The notes under the pieces are model-generated. The model was given only the letters and a program-made list of their open reading frames with translations. It did no database searches and was not told the DNA's origin. Below, one piece after another: positions 1 to 11,530 of a stretch of DNA of 64,000 nt (position 1 is its first letter; each line of letters opens with the position of its first letter). The position numbers and the translations under genes are program-made. The DNA is from Lama guanicoe (Eukaryota). The DNA is taken from positions 12,879,950 through 12,943,949 of the forward strand of contig MU054323.1 in NCBI GenBank assembly GCA_013239625.1, read 5' to 3'.

Positions 1-273
1 GCTTTAGCAATTCTAGGTCTTTGATGGTTCCATATAAATTTTATTATGATTTGTTCTAGTTCTGTGAAATATGTCCTGGGTAATTGGATAGGGATTGCAT
101 TAAATCTGTAGATTGCCTTGGGCAGTGTGACCATTTTAACAACATTGATTCTTCCAATCCAAGAGCATGGAATATCTTTCCATTTTTTAAAGTCTTCTTT
201 AATTTCCTTCATCAATGGTTTATAGTTTTCTGTGTATAATTCTTTCGCCTCCTTGGTTAGATTTATTCCCAGA
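1..273 (-). mobile_element. Young LINE-1 ORF2 fragment (RT/thumb region), 5'-truncated here, continuing beyond the window's left edge
   Basis: Minus strand reads stop-free [89 protein letters not shown], typical of L1 ORF2p. Confidence 0.95.
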
Positions 274-634
274 GAGCTCATATGGTATTTTTCTTTCTCT
301 TGCTATTGCTATTTCTTATGTAAAGTATTTTCCTAATATTTGTTAGGAACATTTGTTTGTCATTTTCTTCATGCTTATTGTATTTAGTCTTTATTCTTAC
401 GTTCTTTTCTTCTTTTATCAGCTGTTAGAGTTTTATTGTTTTTCTCTTTCTGAGCATCGTTACATCATGACTGTATTTTGAGCTTGTATTTGTGTGATCA
501 TGCATTGTGTGTTTTTGCTGAATGTCCATACTTTCCTGTTCCTGTTTGGCCTTGTGTTCTATCTTGTCCTTCCAATGCTCCATTTGGAATCTTCTTCATC
601 TGTTTAACTTTCATTTTTGAAAAGTATTGCCTTA

Positions 635-836
635 TTCAAATTGTAGAATAGATAAACAAGATTACACTGTATAGCACAGGGAAATATACACAAAATGTTA
701 TGATAACTCACAGGGAAAAAAATGTGACAATGAGTGTGTATATGTCCATGAATGACTGAAAAATTGTGCTGAACACTGGAATTTGACACAACATTGTAAA
801 ATGATTATAAATCAATAAAAAATGTTAAAAAAAAAA
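635..836 (+). mobile_element. Young L1 3' UTR fragment with AATAAA and poly(A)
   Basis: Closely matches the 3' UTR of the L1 at about 56300-56506 (gtagaatagataaacaagatta...ctggaatttgacacaacattgtaaaat) and ends in an A tail. Confidence 0.92.
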
Positions 837-1207
837 CCCACAAGTAGGAGTATTTGTATCTACAGTCCACCTTTTGCCATCACCCTGAAAAAGAGAAATA
901 GTGGTACATGGGTATCTATTTCTTAATACCTTCCTAAGTATGTGTATTTTAGACTGATAGTAGAAATTATATTTCTTTCAACTAATCACTAATGGCAGTG
1001 AAGGTCTTTGAATTGTATTGGCTTAAAGAGAAACCAGCATAGGAATAAAATTTTACTATAGAAAATTATAGAATTATAATATTTCCATCCTGGGAGAGGG
1101 CTCCATAATCATCCATTCCAGCTCCCTTTCTTTCCCAGATAAGGAAAGGAGTCTCAAATGGTTTGTGCCAGGTCACAAAGCTGGTTATCGTTTATTGACA
1201 CGAAGGC

Positions 1208-1435
1208 TGTGTGGCATAGTGGGTAAAAGTGTAGCCAAGTCTTCCTGGATTCCAGTGCCAGCCTTGGCACATGCCAGCTTTGTGATATTGGGGCCAGTTA
1301 CTCAGACAACCCCCCGCAAAGCCTCAGTTTCCTCATCTGGAGGCACCTAGCCTAGCCTACCTACCTGACAGGTTTTCATGGCATGATGTATGTGAAGGAC
1401 CTAGCATGATGCTTTCCTCATAGTGCTGCATGAGT
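1208..1435 (+). mobile_element. MIR SINE remnant
   Basis: MIR core gcctcagtttcctcatctg, with tgtgatattgggccagttact upstream. Confidence 0.8.
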
Positions 1436-1449
1436 GTTTGCTGCTGTTA

Positions 1450-2138
1450 CCAGTCTGATTCTGAGACATGCATCTTTTTCACATTTTAACATCTTTGAAT
1501 TGGAATGTATCTTGTCGTTGGATGGCATCTGTCAGTTGCTGTCAGTCAGGTGGCCATTTGGCCAGGTTGTAGCTGCTTGTGCTTGTACAAGCTTAGTTGC
1601 AGCTATATTTAGTGTTGTCATTTCAATTGCACAATGTACACAGTGTCAGCTCTACATATGTTGGGCTTAATTGCCATTTAAAGTATCTTCAAAAAGATTC
1701 CATTATGATTTGACATTGAAACAAAAAGGTATTGAACACACAATAAAGGACAAAAACCAACTCGAGGGATATGAATTTAGTATTCGTGAAATAAGCATAT
1801 GCCATTAGAGAAATCATCTCAATTCCACTTACTTTTCTTTAAAAACTAAGTGCTAGACAGGAGCCAAGAAAGAAAAGACACCCCAAAGTAAATGAAGCTG
1901 TGCTTTATACGAGATGTGTGAGAAAAAAAAAGGTTGCCCTTTAAAATGTCAAGCAATGTATTGAGGGCAGGAAAAATTACCAAATTTTTCTGAGTATATT
2001 TTAAAAATGTCAAAGCAGTGAGAGGCTGATGTGATTCATTCAAGGCATTATGTCATAATTTAATCGAAAGCATTTTTTCTTTATTAGTTAAGAGTTAGTC
2101 TTAAAGTTGATGGCATCTCAGATTTGATGAAATACAGT
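1450..2138. mobile_element. TcMar-Tc2 DNA transposon deletion derivative (Kanga/MER104-like termini)
   Basis: Ends gattctgagacatgcatctttttcacattttaacatctttgaa and gatggcatctcagatttgatgaaatacagta resemble recalled MER104 ends and the MITE at 32618-32801. Confidence 0.7.
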
Positions 2139-3599
2139 ATAATGTTTCTTCAGGGACTTAAATATATTTTTAATGCCCATTGCCTGTCACACAAGTGGTA
2201 GTCAAGGAATGAATGGATGAATGAATGGTATCTTGACTCCCAGTCTGATGCAGTTCCCATTGCATCATTCCTCACATTGGTCAGTGAACAAATAAATAAT
2301 AACTGTATATAAAAATATGGCAGTTTTTGAAATAGTGATGTTTTTAATAATTAAGAAGTTGGTGTATCGCAGATCCCCAAAGCATGTTTTGAAATATTAA
2401 ACTTACTTACTTTCAGAAAGTATGGAAAGTAGAGATTTTCTCTAATTATAGAAGAAAAAAATGAAACAAGTCCGTTCTTTTCAGAGAATAGATTTGACTG
2501 TATCTCCCAAAGTGGTTGTGGTGCTATTATTTTTTTAATTTGCATATGACCTTGTAATAAATGTCTTGTAATAGTGATAAATTCCTATGTTTTAAATTAT
2601 TCTACAAAATGTATATATTTTAATTTTTAGGAATTTTTGGTCATTTACTTTGTCTCAAGCCTTTTGTGAGTTACGGCCAAATGTCCCTCAAAATCTTGAT
2701 TTTAAAGATTGATTTTAGCGTTTTATTTGCCTCAGAAAAGACTTTTCTTACCTGTTCTTCTAATGCTATATTTGCAGATCAGTTTACTCATAACCCTAAA
2801 AAGGTTTTGCTTCAAGTTGGCAGCAAATGTTTTATTTCTAAAACAGCTGAGATTCTTGTAGTATTTGGTCATGTGTCAGTAGTTGTCACCACTTTTGGAT
2901 TTAACTGGAAATTTGTGAAATTTTAATCCTTGCATTTAGTGCTTAATGGTGTAATTTATTTTTAAAAGGCAAATTTGGTAAAGTATCTAATTCTAATTGT
3001 TGCACTCTGGTGCTTTTGTTTGCACCCCGCTCGTAGGATCTCAGACTTTCTCATTTGGAAATTACCTACAGAAATCGTCGTTATTTAATGACCATTGGCA
3101 AAATAGCTAAGATTAATTTTGCTCCACCTTGGGGTCAGAACTGGTTCTCATCTATTAGCGTTTAATTTTTTAAAGCTATCTGGCACACTTACTGCAGCTT
3201 CTCCAAGCCTGTTCTATAACAAAATTCTAATTTTGTTGAGCAAAGTGGGTCCTTAAATGAAAGACAAAGACTGAGCGTGCATATGCTGCCTGGAGGGCTG
3301 AGGGGTGAAGGGACTGGAGAGATTAGGGTTGGGATATCTCTTACTTTCTTTTGCTTCTAGGAAACAAAGAGCTAACCTGAGATCCATAGCCTTATCTTTT
3401 CATAGGCTACATTTGCAGATCATTGTAGCCATTGGGCTTTTGAAAAGTGTTCCTTTAAATTGCAAGTATATCTTTTATTTCTAAAACAAATGAGATTTTT
3501 TGAGATTCTTTTAGCATTTGGTTTGGGTTATGGAGGTTTTGGGGTTTTTTCTTCCAAGACAGTTTCTTTATATGATTTAAGAGATTCCCCACGTGTTCT

Positions 3600-4214
3600 T
3601 TTTCTCACACTACAGTCAGCAGAGGCTTCCTGAAAGATAAGTCTGATCATTTCATTCTCACTCTTCAGTAACTTTGCTGTGTCTCCAGGATTAAGTTGGA
3701 GCTCTTTAGCCTGAATGATTTACAGACCACTTGGTGTTCTGACTCCTACTTGTGTTGCTGACTGTTTTGTCTCCCTACTCTTTTATCTCTGCTTCGTCCC
3801 CATTTGTACTCACTCATCCAGGTTGTGCCCAAGGTTCTAGCGGGACTGAACTACTACTTGTAAGTCTCGACTTTGCAGTGTTGTTTAACCTCAGGACCTT
3901 TGCACATACTATTGCCTGTCTAGAACTTGAACCCCTTCAGGTAATTCCTACTTATTCTTCAGAATTCTCCTTGGCAGTTGCTTCCTACAGTGAGCTTTCC
4001 CTGAAACCTGCCTCCCAGATTTGGTGATGTTTTCCCATGTGCTCCTATAACACCCAACACTACTCTCATCCTCCATGTGCTGGCTTAGCTCACTGGCTAA
4101 ACTGTAAGCTGCTAAAGAATCAGACTTGTGTCTATATTATTTACAGCTGTCTCCCCAGCACCTAGCACAGGCCTGCCTATAGGGAGAACTCAAATATATT
4201 TGCTGAGTGAATGA
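3600..4214 (+). mobile_element. L2 3' fragment
   Basis: L2 3' end motifs ctgtaagct...ccccagcacctagcacagg...aaatatatttgctgagtgaatga. Confidence 0.8.
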
Positions 4215-7168
4215 CTAGTAGGAGTTCACAAAATAGTTACTGCCATATGTTTTCTCCCCAAAAACAAAGTACGAGATCTCCCTCCTCCCATTTCAACTTT
4301 CTAACTTTAGGAATAGAAATAAGAGCCTTTGAGAATTTTTGTTTTTGCTCAGTAGATGCTAAGACACTGTGAACGTGCTGTTATTATGTAATGCAATTTT
4401 TGAGAGCTTCTTATATACTACATTCTTTGTAGAATTATTTTGTCATTGTCATTAATATTTGTAACAACCTACAAAGTATGAGTTGTTTTTGCCGCCTTAC
4501 TGATAAGCCTTAGCAAGTGGCAGATTTGGGGATCTGAGCTCAGACCTTTCTTCTAGAGCCCATACCTCCCTCCCCAACACCTGCCTCCCATCCAGGATGT
4601 CGTTAATCCCTCAAAATTTGATAGTCAGTTTGTAAGTTAAAACCTGTTGTGCTCACTTGAATGAGAAAAATCAGCAAAACAACTGAAAATACTCTATAAC
4701 TGGGTAATACAAATAGGAGGTGATCAGCTAATTGGATAACAAAGCCTGTTTTTAATTACTCTGTTTTATCTTGGACCTGGAGTATGTATGTTGTTGGCAG
4801 GTACCCTTTGAAAAATCAAGCCCACAGTGTGGTGTTGTCACACATGTAAAAAGCATGGTAGTAAACACTTGGCTCAGAGAGAGAGTGAGCAGGATGAGGC
4901 CTCACCCCAGTGAAGAAGAGGGTAAGTAACTGGGGGGACATGAAGTGTTTTGTACTATTCACCTCTCAGTTGCGGCTCATGGAACAAGAACTTGGGCTTG
5001 GAGTGAGCTGCTTTTCTGCTGGAAGGATTATTTGTGGCAGCCCTAAGGGTAGAAGGTTCTTTGGGGCTCTCTTGGTTCTGCTCCGTCGTCTTTGTTCACT
5101 GCATCAAGGACACCTTTCCAGTGGTCGAACTCCTTGTCTTTGAGAACCAGTCTCTCCAACAGTGAAATTAGAATCCGTTTTCCTCTGTGCTTCAGGTAAG
5201 AAGACTGAATTAGACTATGTCCAAGGTTGTTTGAGTTGCACTTGCAACACACGCATGTACACAAGTGCTTTTTTTAAAACCTAAAGCTATTGTCTGACAG
5301 GTATTGTTGGGATAGGTGTCTGACTAGAAGTATGACCTTAAATTCTTAGCCTGCCTTTTTTTTTTTCCCCTTGGAGGAAACCTCTGGTTGCCAAGCCTAG
5401 CTCTGTCATTCCTGTAGTCCTCAAAGGCACTTGTTGTAGTGAGACCAAGTCTGGGTCTAGAGCTCATTTATCCACCTCCATCCTTTGCCAGGAGAGCTTC
5501 CTGTAGTTGTTGGCCTGCCAATTCCTCAACGCTGTGTACTGACCAACTGAGTGAGGGCCTCTCTTATCGCATGGTAGAATTTTTAATTCCTTCCGCTCAT
5601 TCACAAAATTGAGGCACAAATCATAGCCAAGAAGGGCAGTTTGTTCTGATAATTCCTTCTGACTCAAGTATGAATAATTTTCCTTAAACGTTTGAACTTT
5701 CACCCAGATTCTTTATCCAAAACCCAGGGCCTTGTCTCTAACACGATACATCCAGGAATCCTAGTGTGCTTAGGGTAGAGTTGTCCCTCCCTCAAATGTT
5801 AAATTTCTAAAATAGCAACTTGCAGAAAAACATAACATCATAAATGTTGCTGAGTCCCAATATGGCATATTTTTCAGTATGTTAACTTTTTTGCTTGCGT
5901 ATCTCTCCAGTTCTCAGTCACCTCTCAACAGTGGAGCATTTGGTCCAAAGGTTCATCACTCAGTTGCGCAGAATCTCCTTTCAGGCCATCAGTTTTGCTG
6001 CTTGGTATTTTCAGTCCTTTAGGGTTTAGAGTTACTTCTTAGGTGTGATTGCTTGGATAAGAGGCCCTGTGAAGTTCACATTCTACTGTGTGACCTCTCT
6101 GTTTGCTAGGACAAATTTGTTGGGAGATTCAGTCATACTCAATATTGATGTCATCCCAGAACATGTCCCCAGGGCATTCTCCCTTTGTTCTCGAACAGAA
6201 GAATCTTTTATGTCTCAATTTTGACTCTGAAGACCCTTAGAAAACACCAGTAGCCCTTTGTGACTTTAGTGTTAGTTTCATTTGAATTCATCCAACATTT
6301 ATAGAGTATCTACCTTGTACTGGATAATTGTATTCCAAGGAGGAGTATAAGAAAAAAGTTACCTCCAAGGAGCTTATAGTCTGACAGTGCATATGCCTGA
6401 GCAGGACGTTTTAGTATAGTATGACAGATGCTAACATGCAAGTGTGTACAGATTCCATATTCTGTTTGGCCATTATGTTTACAGCTAAATATTTCTGTCT
6501 CTGCTGTCCTTCTATAAAGCAATGGTCCACTCAGTTTGTATTTTGTACAGATTCTTTCTCTGAGATCTCTAGGGCCTCCTCCTAATGACTCTACACATTT
6601 TCCTAAAAAACTGAGATTTGGTTGAAATTAGCCTTATGTGGAAAAATTTAACTTTTAACCTTGTGGTATCAGTAGTTTTTCCCTTTGACCTCACTTCCTC
6701 CAGTCCTGTTGGCGTCAGTTACATAATTGCCTGCTTAACAGTTGGCAACAGCAGTTCTTCTGTCTTTGAAGAAACTGTACACAGTTGACTAACGTGATTA
6801 TTTATAGAAAAATTTAGTGTTTCTAGAAGCTGTTTCAAGTTCCCTTCCTTCTTCCCAGTAGTGAAACCTCAAGCATCTTACTTTCTAATCTGGTTTTCAA
6901 GTGGAGGGAGTTGAGAAAGAACACAAACATTAGTTTAGGGCTTACTGTGTTCCTGACAAAATGCTAGGTACGTTTCACATCTAATTCTCCCAGCTAATGT
7001 ACAAGTGAAGAGCAGACTCTCGAAATTCTAGTTAACTTACTCATGGTCATGCATTTAGTAAGTGGTGGAACTACCATTTGACTTTCTGACTAAAGGCACC
7101 TACATCTGCACAGATCTTCTTACAGTCGTAGTCTAGAGAACGAATCACGCAACACAATTTTCTAGGGG

Positions 7169-7565
7169 TGTATTAGGACTCTTTCAGTTGTAAGAGAACC
7201 AACATGTATAATTAGTCAAAAAATGGAATTTATTGGTTCATACAACTGAAAATTCTAGTAGACCTGTCATTACAGCCATATCCAGGGCTGAGATGAGGTC
7301 ATCTGACTTTGTCACTCTCTCCAAGAGCCAGACAGGATGGCCACAGGAAGCTCAAGTTTAGTAATCCCGGTGGAAAAGTACCGTGAGTTCCATGGCTCTA
7401 ACAGAAAGGTTCCACAAAGACTGAACAGCCTGAGGCATGTGCCCTCACCTCTGACAAGTCCTACCTGTACCACAGGGAACAGCTTCCTCTCAGGGAAGAA
7501 GAGTTCTGTTATCAGAAGATCAGAGAATGGATGCTGAGCAGGAAAAAGAGCAGTTGATGTCCACT
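7169..7565. mobile_element. MaLR (old MLT1-type) solo LTR
   Basis: Starts tgtattaggactctttcagttgtaag, followed by ggaatttattggttcatacaactgaaaa, characteristic of old MLT1 subfamilies. Confidence 0.65.
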
Positions 7566-7587
7566 ATAGGGGGGGAGTTTAATGTTT

Positions 7588-7790
7588 TCAGTCTGAAGTT
7601 GCAAGAGGTATTTTATTTGGCTTACATAGTGTTTTGAAAAAAATTAGAGTAAGCATTGTCAGGCAAATTCATCTAAAAATCTGGATTTCTTGGCTTCTCT
7701 TAAAGAATCAAACGTTGTATAAACACTGGGCCAAATTCCCACATTATTGTACTGACTGGCTGGAATTGAGGAGTGGCTCCTTCCTTTGTA
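7588..7790. mobile_element. MER102-like hAT-Charlie fragment
   Basis: aaatctggatttcttggcttctctt...acactgggcc...ggctggaattgag resembles the recalled MER102 consensus. Confidence 0.55.
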
Positions 7791-8908
7791 TGCTCCCTCA
7801 CCAGCCTGCTTCATTCATTCTCAGTAATTGGCACAAATCTCTGGGTATTTGAGTGTGTGACCTTTGCTTCAAGCAGTGCAGGCCTTCCTGATAAAGTAAG
7901 GAGTCCAGCCATAATTCATAAGGTTTTTTATAAGTCTTGGCAGACTTAATTTTATACTGAGATTTGCTATGCATTGTCATTGTTGTAGAGTTTTATTAAG
8001 AACAATAATTAGTTGTGCGGAACTGAAAAATAAAATAGGTACATGAGATATGTCTCTGTGCTTGGGTAGGGAAATGGTCTTCAGGGATTGCAGGGGTTCA
8101 CAATGCACCTCAGGTCTGTTGCAGCCATTTATCCATTTAAGTATGCTTTTGCATGGTTGGGAATGTATTTTTATCCTACTTAATAGATGTTAAGATGACA
8201 AATTTCTTGTATCACATAAGAATGTACATCTGTGTTTTCCAGTAGGGAAGTAGCAACCCGTAGCCAGAAATACCAAAGCTTTTTGCTTTCTGTGAAGATT
8301 TCTGGCCACCCCACATTTTGATATTGCAAAATTATATTAGAAGCCTTTGTGCTTTATTTTTGTTCACTGGGCACATTTTTTGTAGTTCTTTATTTGGTAA
8401 TAAATTATATCAATTGAATGGGTAACTGGAGGAGGGAAGAGAAAACAGAACATTTTGGAGAGAATGAAGAAGACTGAGGAATGCAGTGTGACTAACTGAA
8501 GAAAGGAAATATATTGCCTGCAAACACTGCCCTTGGGAAAGATAAATCTGCTGGCAGGACAAAGAGGTGTAAGCTGTCAAGGAGAAAGAGTTGACTTATC
8601 TAAGAAAAATGTGGGATAGGAATTTGCGAAAGAAGAGGCCAGTTTATACTAAGCAGGGTCACTGCGCTAGTGTTTCTCACCTTCTTTATGAGGCTGCCCC
8701 GCTCTGCCCCTCCAAACCCATCTTCCAGTGGATAAAATACCCAGAATTGATACTGTCTAGTAGTAAGTTGCATCCCATCCACTCTCTATGTTCCTCATTC
8801 TCACAAGAGTTCAGGTAGGTATGAGTTGATAGAGAAAGTATTTGAAATCATCAGTACCTTAGCATTTCCAAATGTGATGGAGGTCTTCCTGCTTACTATT
8901 TAATCTTT

Positions 8909-9025
8909 CTTTTTTTTTATTAAAATACAGTCAGTTATAATGTGTCAATTTCTGATGTACAGCACAATGTCCCAGTCATGCATATACATACATATATTCA
9001 TTTTCATATTCTTTTTCATTAAAGG
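8909..9025 (-). mobile_element. Short L1-type 3' end (second family) with 10-bp TSD
   Basis: Poly-T tail on +. TSD tttaatcttt at 8899-8908 and 9026-9035. A related copy lies at about 29941-30032. Confidence 0.75.
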
Positions 9026-9279
9026 TTTAATCTTTTCTTTGTATATTTTGTCTTATTTGCAAAGGTTGTAAACACAATGTTTGTGTCATATGTCTTTGGA
9101 CTCTGGTGAACCTTCATGGCCTATAATATAGTACAGTTAGAAGTAGAATAAATATTTGTAGACTGGTGTTTTTTGATCATGTAGGTGCTTTAAGGATGTG
9201 ATTTGATTTTTTGAGTCTTGGGTGCTATTTTTAGTGTAGAGTACTTGTGGAGTAGAGTGTTCCCCTTATAAACCTTTTT

Positions 9280-11530
9280 ATTTCTGTATGTTTGGTAGTA
9301 ATTTCTCTTCTTTCATTTCTGATTCTACTAATTTAAATCTAACCAACTTTTGGGTTGTTTATTTTCTCTTTTGTTTTTCTATTCCCTATTTTATTTGTTT
9401 ACACCCTAACTTTTATTATTTTGTTCTTTCTGCTGCTTTGAATTTAGTTTACTCTTCTTTTTCTAGTTTCTTATAGTGGAAGATCAGATGATCAATTTGA
9501 GATCTTTTTTTCTTTTTCCATATACGCATTTATAATGATAAATTTCCCCTTAAGCACTGCTTTCACTGCATCCCATAAGTTTTCGCCTATTATATATTTG
9601 TTTTCATTTATCTCAAAGTATTTTTAATTTTCCTGTGATTTCTTTTTTGATGTATTGATTATTTAGCAGTGTGTTGTTTAATTTCCATATATTTGTGAAT
9701 TCCCCAAATTTCTTTTTGTTAGTGATTTCTAATTTTGTCCCATTGTGGTTGGAGAATATATTTTGTGTGATTTTAACACTTTGAAATTTATTGAGGTTTT
9801 ATGGCCTAACACATAGTATATCCTGGAGAATGTTCTGTGTGCACTTGTGAAGAATGTGTATTCATTCCACTGTTGCTGGACAGAACGTTCTTTAAATGTC
9901 TGTTGGGTCTAGCTGGTTTATAGTATTGCACAAGTCTTCTATGTCTGTCTTCCGTATAGTTGTTCTTTTCAGTATTGAAAGTTGGATATTGACGTCTCCA
10001 AGTATTACTGTTGAATTGTGTATTTCTTCCTTCAGATCTGTCAGTTTTTGCTTCATGTAATTTGGGGCTCTGTTGTTAGGTGAATAAACACTAATAACTA
10101 TTGTATCTTCTTGATGGAGTGAATGTTTATCATTAAAATATGCCTTTCTTTGTTCTATTAACAATTTTGTCTTAAGGTGTATTTTCTCAGACAGTTGTAT
10201 AGCCACTCAAGCTCTCTTTTGGTTACTGTTACATGATGTGTCTTCTTCGTTTTTTAAAAAAAATGTTCATCCTATTTTTGTATCTGAATCTTAAGTATGT
10301 CTCTTATAGACAGCATTTAGTTGAATCATTAAAAAAAAACTTTTCTGCCAATCTCTGCCTTTGATCAAAGTATTTAATGTAGGATGTATATTGGCCATTT
10401 TGTTATTTGTTTTCTGTATGTCTTATTTTTTTTTATTTCCCCATTACTGCCTTCTTTTTGGCTAAATGGGTATTTTCTAATGTACCATGTTAATTCCCTT
10501 GGCATTTCTTTTACTTTTTTTTTTTTTTGAGTTACTTTCTTAGTCCTTGTGCTAGGGATTATTTAAAATAGCAGATTTTAAGTGTCTGTAAAATCCATCA
10601 CCGGGGCATCCTCAGGGACGGTTTCTATTCATTGCCTTTTTTTTAAATCATGTAAGAGCCATACTTTCTTGTTTCTTTGTGCAGTCTCAGGTTGGTTAGC
10701 TTAATGGTCAGCTAATGATTGGACAGAAAATTCCTTAATGCCTAAATCAGCAAGTTTCCTAGTCTTTGTTGGTAGGCTCTGGGTGTGTGTATGTTGGGAC
10801 ACGCTTCAACACTCAGCCAGGCAGTTGACAACTCTTAACATTCACTAACTGCTTGGGCAAAGCCTCAAGGTCAGCCTGAGGTGAGAGCATAGGGCCTTCT
10901 CAAGTCTTTCCTGAACATGTGCACAGCCCTACACACGCATGGACTTCTAGATTCCCACCAATATGTTGGAGTTTTTCAAAGCCCTTAGTTATATATCTCA
11001 TTCCCTTATTTTGTTTTTAAGCATTTTGTTTAGCCTATTGTTTGCCCCAGCTGTTATTTACCACCTCAGGCAGCTGCAAAATCAATCAATTATCTCTAAT
11101 TGTTTTTGACAAAGGCTTTTCACTGGACAAGTTCAGAGTTGGGTTAAATAAAGACAGCTTTGCAAGTGGGCTCTTCCAGGGACCCACCAGACCATTTTCT
11201 GGGAACAGAGGAGGAGCTCCAAACATATTTTCCCTCTGGTGCCTGCTTGGCTGCTAATTTTCACCATGATAACATGCTGTTGGTTTTCAAGGCTGCTGCA
11301 GTGTTGAAGAGGGAATAGGAATGGTATATGTTAAAATGACACAAAGCTTGCTGTTTTTTTAACCAAGATTTAATCATTTCTTGAACAAACACTCCCTGTA
11401 TTACTTCAGACCTTTGATTAATTTCCAGAGTTCTGAAAAAGTTTATTCTCATGCTTAGTGCAAGTTTTCTTGTTGCTTTTATGGTGCAGGGAATTTCAAA
11501 GGTCCTTATACCACCCTGTTGGCTAATGTC
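9280..11530 (-). mobile_element. Old L1M fragment: ORF2 endonuclease region plus probable 5' region
   Basis: ORF 9892..10206(-) gives QEDTIVISVYSPNNRAPNYMKQKLTDLKEEIHNSTVILGD, an L1 APE-type endonuclease segment. The part beyond about 10560 is less certain. Confidence 0.85.

Noticed and set aside
620..860. TSD around the 635-836 L1 fragment
   Set aside because: No convincing direct repeat on both flanks.
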